This document shows positions 61,857 through 64,000 of a stretch of DNA of 64,000 nt, piece by piece (within the stretch, counting starts at the first letter, position 1; every line of letters starts with the position of its first letter). The stretch comes from a virus (taxonomy: Duplodnaviria > Caudoviricetes), in IMG/VR virus record IMGVR_UViG_3300021399_000103, positions 112,420 through 176,419 of that record; one strand, 5' to 3'. The notes under the pieces were generated by a model. The model was given only the letters and a program-made list of their open reading frames with translations. It ran no database searches and was not told the origin of the DNA. A program made the position numbers and the translations under genes.

Positions 61857-62207
61857 TCACGCTTTTGTGAAATAGGCTCTTCCCTTTTCCTCTGTGCGGA
61901 CTACACGACCATCCAAACGCAAGCCACGAACGAGAGCAGAAACCTTATTTCCGCTAAACTCAGCGAGCGCAGGAATCATCTTGTGAATCTCTGTTACAGT
62001 ATAACGAGTACCATCAGCCATAGCGTCATAGATGACGTTCATCAACTCAGCGTTAGCGAGCTGATTTTTTGTAGGCTTGTCACTCTTGCGCTCATTCTTA
62101 CGAGCGAGCAATTCAAGTTCGTGGTCAATAAATGCCACGAGTTCAGCATCATCAGTTACGCGAGCGCGCAGAGCGTTGAAGTAGTCACGTTTTGTCATTT
62201 TAGTCAT
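61857..62207 (-). CDS. wHTH family paralog 4 (ends in a TGA stop)
   Basis: MTKRDYF, KPTKNQ, SGNKVSAL, EEKGRAYFTKA. Confidence 0.7.
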   Translation of the reverse strand: MTKMTKRDYFNALRARVTDDAELVAFIDHELELLARKNERKSDKPTKNQLANAELMNVIYDAMADGTRYTVTEIHKMIPALAEFSGNKVSALVRGLRLDGRVVRTEEKGRAYFTKA

Positions 62208-62563
62208 AGTTAATCACCTTTTACCTTTCTACACTTATTATTATAATGATTATTTTATGATTGTCAACAAGAAGTTACACTTTTTTTCAAAGAACTTTTT
62301 TGTGCCCTCCTCCCTTTGACGCTATTATTATAGCAAATAATTATGTGAGAATTATGGGAAAATTGTGTGAAATTATGTGATTGAGTTAGCACACACTAAC
62401 TGCCGGTGTTTAGTATCACTAAACTTTTGGAGCGTGTTTAGTGGTACTAAACTTTTGGGATAAAAAAATTGACGCAAAAGTTTCACAATTTTCTCTTGAC
62501 AAATGCTGGCGGGTGTGGTATACTAAAATTTCGGCCCGCTGCACACGTTTGCGGGCCGCCAAA

Positions 62564-62761
62564 TAAAAACGCCCACCCCAAGGAGGAGGAGGGTGAAGCG
62601 TTCGAGCGTCAATGTTAGGGAGAAGGAGGAGTCGAACCCAAATTGCGCTTGCACTATCCGCGCTCACATGTTTACCATGTTATCCTAGGTTCATGGTAAC
62701 TGTCAGAGGTGAAGCGGTCAAGCACTGCTCGCCGTGTCAGATTTTTGCAATCCAATCTCCC
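62564..62761 (-). ncRNA. Promoter-driven RNA with tRNA-like ends and an anti-SD terminator loop
   Basis: TTGACA..TATACT promoter; GGGAGA/TCTCCC; GGTTCGACTCC; hairpin loop TCCTCCTCCTT. Confidence 0.5.
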
Positions 62762-63074
62762 ATTTCTTTTTACACTATTAGTATACCATGCGGTAGGGGT
62801 TTTGTCAACCCCTTTCCGCATTTTTTTTTAAAGATTAATTTCTTTATACACAGGGATTTTTCCAAACCTATTTAAATCGGTTACAAGATCGACAATGCTA
62901 GGATTGTCAAGATCGAAAGAGCAATCATCAATCAGCTCTCCATTACAATAGAGTTCAAATACTCCAATTTCTTCGTTTGTTACAAAATAGATTTTTTCCA
63001 TTTTTATTTACCTCTCTTTACGCTATTATTATAGCAGAAGGGGCTGAGGTTGTCAACCCCTTTTCTGCATTTTT

Positions 63075-63311
63075 TTAGAAATCTTCGTCAGCGTACAGTT
63101 TAACGATTTTCGCAAACAGTTTCACAGTTTCTACATACTCTTCAGTATTTTCCGCGATGCTCTCATAATCATCATCATCTGAGTCATCGGGAACACCGCA
63201 CATCAGCCAAGGATCAAATGCTTCCTCGTCATTCATGTTGCGGATTGCGTTATCCATAGCCTTGAGAACGGCAATGCGAGAGTTGATCACATCTCTTTTG
63301 AATTCTGTCAT
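63075..63311 (-). CDS. Acidic hypothetical protein (GVPD motif)
   Basis: Promoter and GAGG RBS. Confidence 0.6.
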   Translation of the reverse strand: MTEFKRDVINSRIAVLKAMDNAIRNMNDEEAFDPWLMCGVPDDSDDDDYESIAENTEEYVETVKLFAKIVKLYADEDF

Positions 63312-64000
63312 TTTATTTACCTCTCTTTCTATAATTATTATACCCTATTCCGCAGAATTGTCAAGTACTTTTTTCATTTTTCTGCGGAAATCTTTGCGGG
63401 TCTTGTGTTTCCAAAAGTGCCAAGCTTTGCGGTTATTTTCTACCCAACAAGCGTATTTGCGGTCGAATTTATCTTCGTAAGTCATTTTCTTGTGGATATT
63501 GTTCTTCATTGTGTTCACCTCTTTTACAATAATAGTATAGCGTAAGAAAGGGGTTTTGTCAACCCCTTTTTTTACTTTTTTTCTATTGAGTTGATTACAT
63601 TTGCTTTATCTTTCATGATTTCCCAGAATTTTTCTTCTGCGTCTTTTTTGTTTTTTGCTTTGATTTTGATTACACCCTCATAGCTTACGTAAAATTCTTT
63701 TTCCATTTTTTTTACCTCTTTTTCTTTACATTATTATTATAACATAAATAAAAAAAAATGTCAATACTTTTTTCAAAAAATTTGTGCTAAAAAAAATTTT
63801 TTGCTATAATAATAATGTAAGGAAAAACCTTACACATTCCATTCCATTTTAAACTTTTCTTAGGGGTTTGTCAATAGGCAAGCCCCACTTTTTTTGGGAA
63901 AAATAATTTTTTATTTTTTTCTTAAAAAACTCTTGACAAAAATTGCGTGATCCGGTATACTGCGAAAATCTGGTCGCCACAGCCGGCGGCGACCAGATTT

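Larger units (their letters stand above)
61121..62452. repeat. Eight palindromes G(T)TTAG-N5-6-CTAA(A)C in two clusters
   Basis: ~61126, 61305, 61348, 61376, 61403, 62385, 62408, 62436. Confidence 0.7.

Noticed and set aside
61121-62452. CRISPR array
   Set aside because: Short degenerate palindromes with irregular spacing; no direct repeats or cas genes

Overview
AT-rich segment of a large tailed-phage genome, most likely infecting a walled Bacillota host. Evidence for the host is SigA-type TTGA..TGnTATAAT promoters, strong AGGAG RBSs, a phage SigA, an amidase and an ECF S-component. Genes run on the minus strand from 1 to ~55.1 kb, on the plus strand from ~55.2 to 60.2 kb, and on the minus strand again in a repeat-rich, promoter-dense right end. 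Contents: (1) a replication module with primase, DnaB-like helicase, Sak4-like protein, SSB-like protein, LigA, GyrA/GyrB and RNase HI; (2) an RNA end-healing/sealing cluster with phosphoesterases, a kinase, an Rnl1 ligase, a nucleotidyltransferase, a DUF2828/vWA Ro60-like protein and a HAD phosphatase; (3) an RNA-rich region with 29 tRNAs for all 20 amino acids, a tmRNA, a ~0.8-1 kb GOLLD-like RNA, an HDV-like ribozyme and many other structured RNAs; (4) many small early genes. Two things stand out. First, five RNAs share a terminal helix plus an invariant CAGCAA bulge. They carry circularly permuted or truncated tRNA mimics, and one is the 5' leader of the DUF2828 gene, which suggests a phage Ro60/Y-RNA-like ribonucleoprotein system. 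Second, at least five genes (Mom-family DNA modifier, amidase, membrane GIY-YIG nuclease and two others) are intact only if TGA is read as Trp. Replication genes use only TGG, early genes still use TGA as stop, and no UCA-anticodon tRNA was found in the window. All calls are by eye; no database searches were run.
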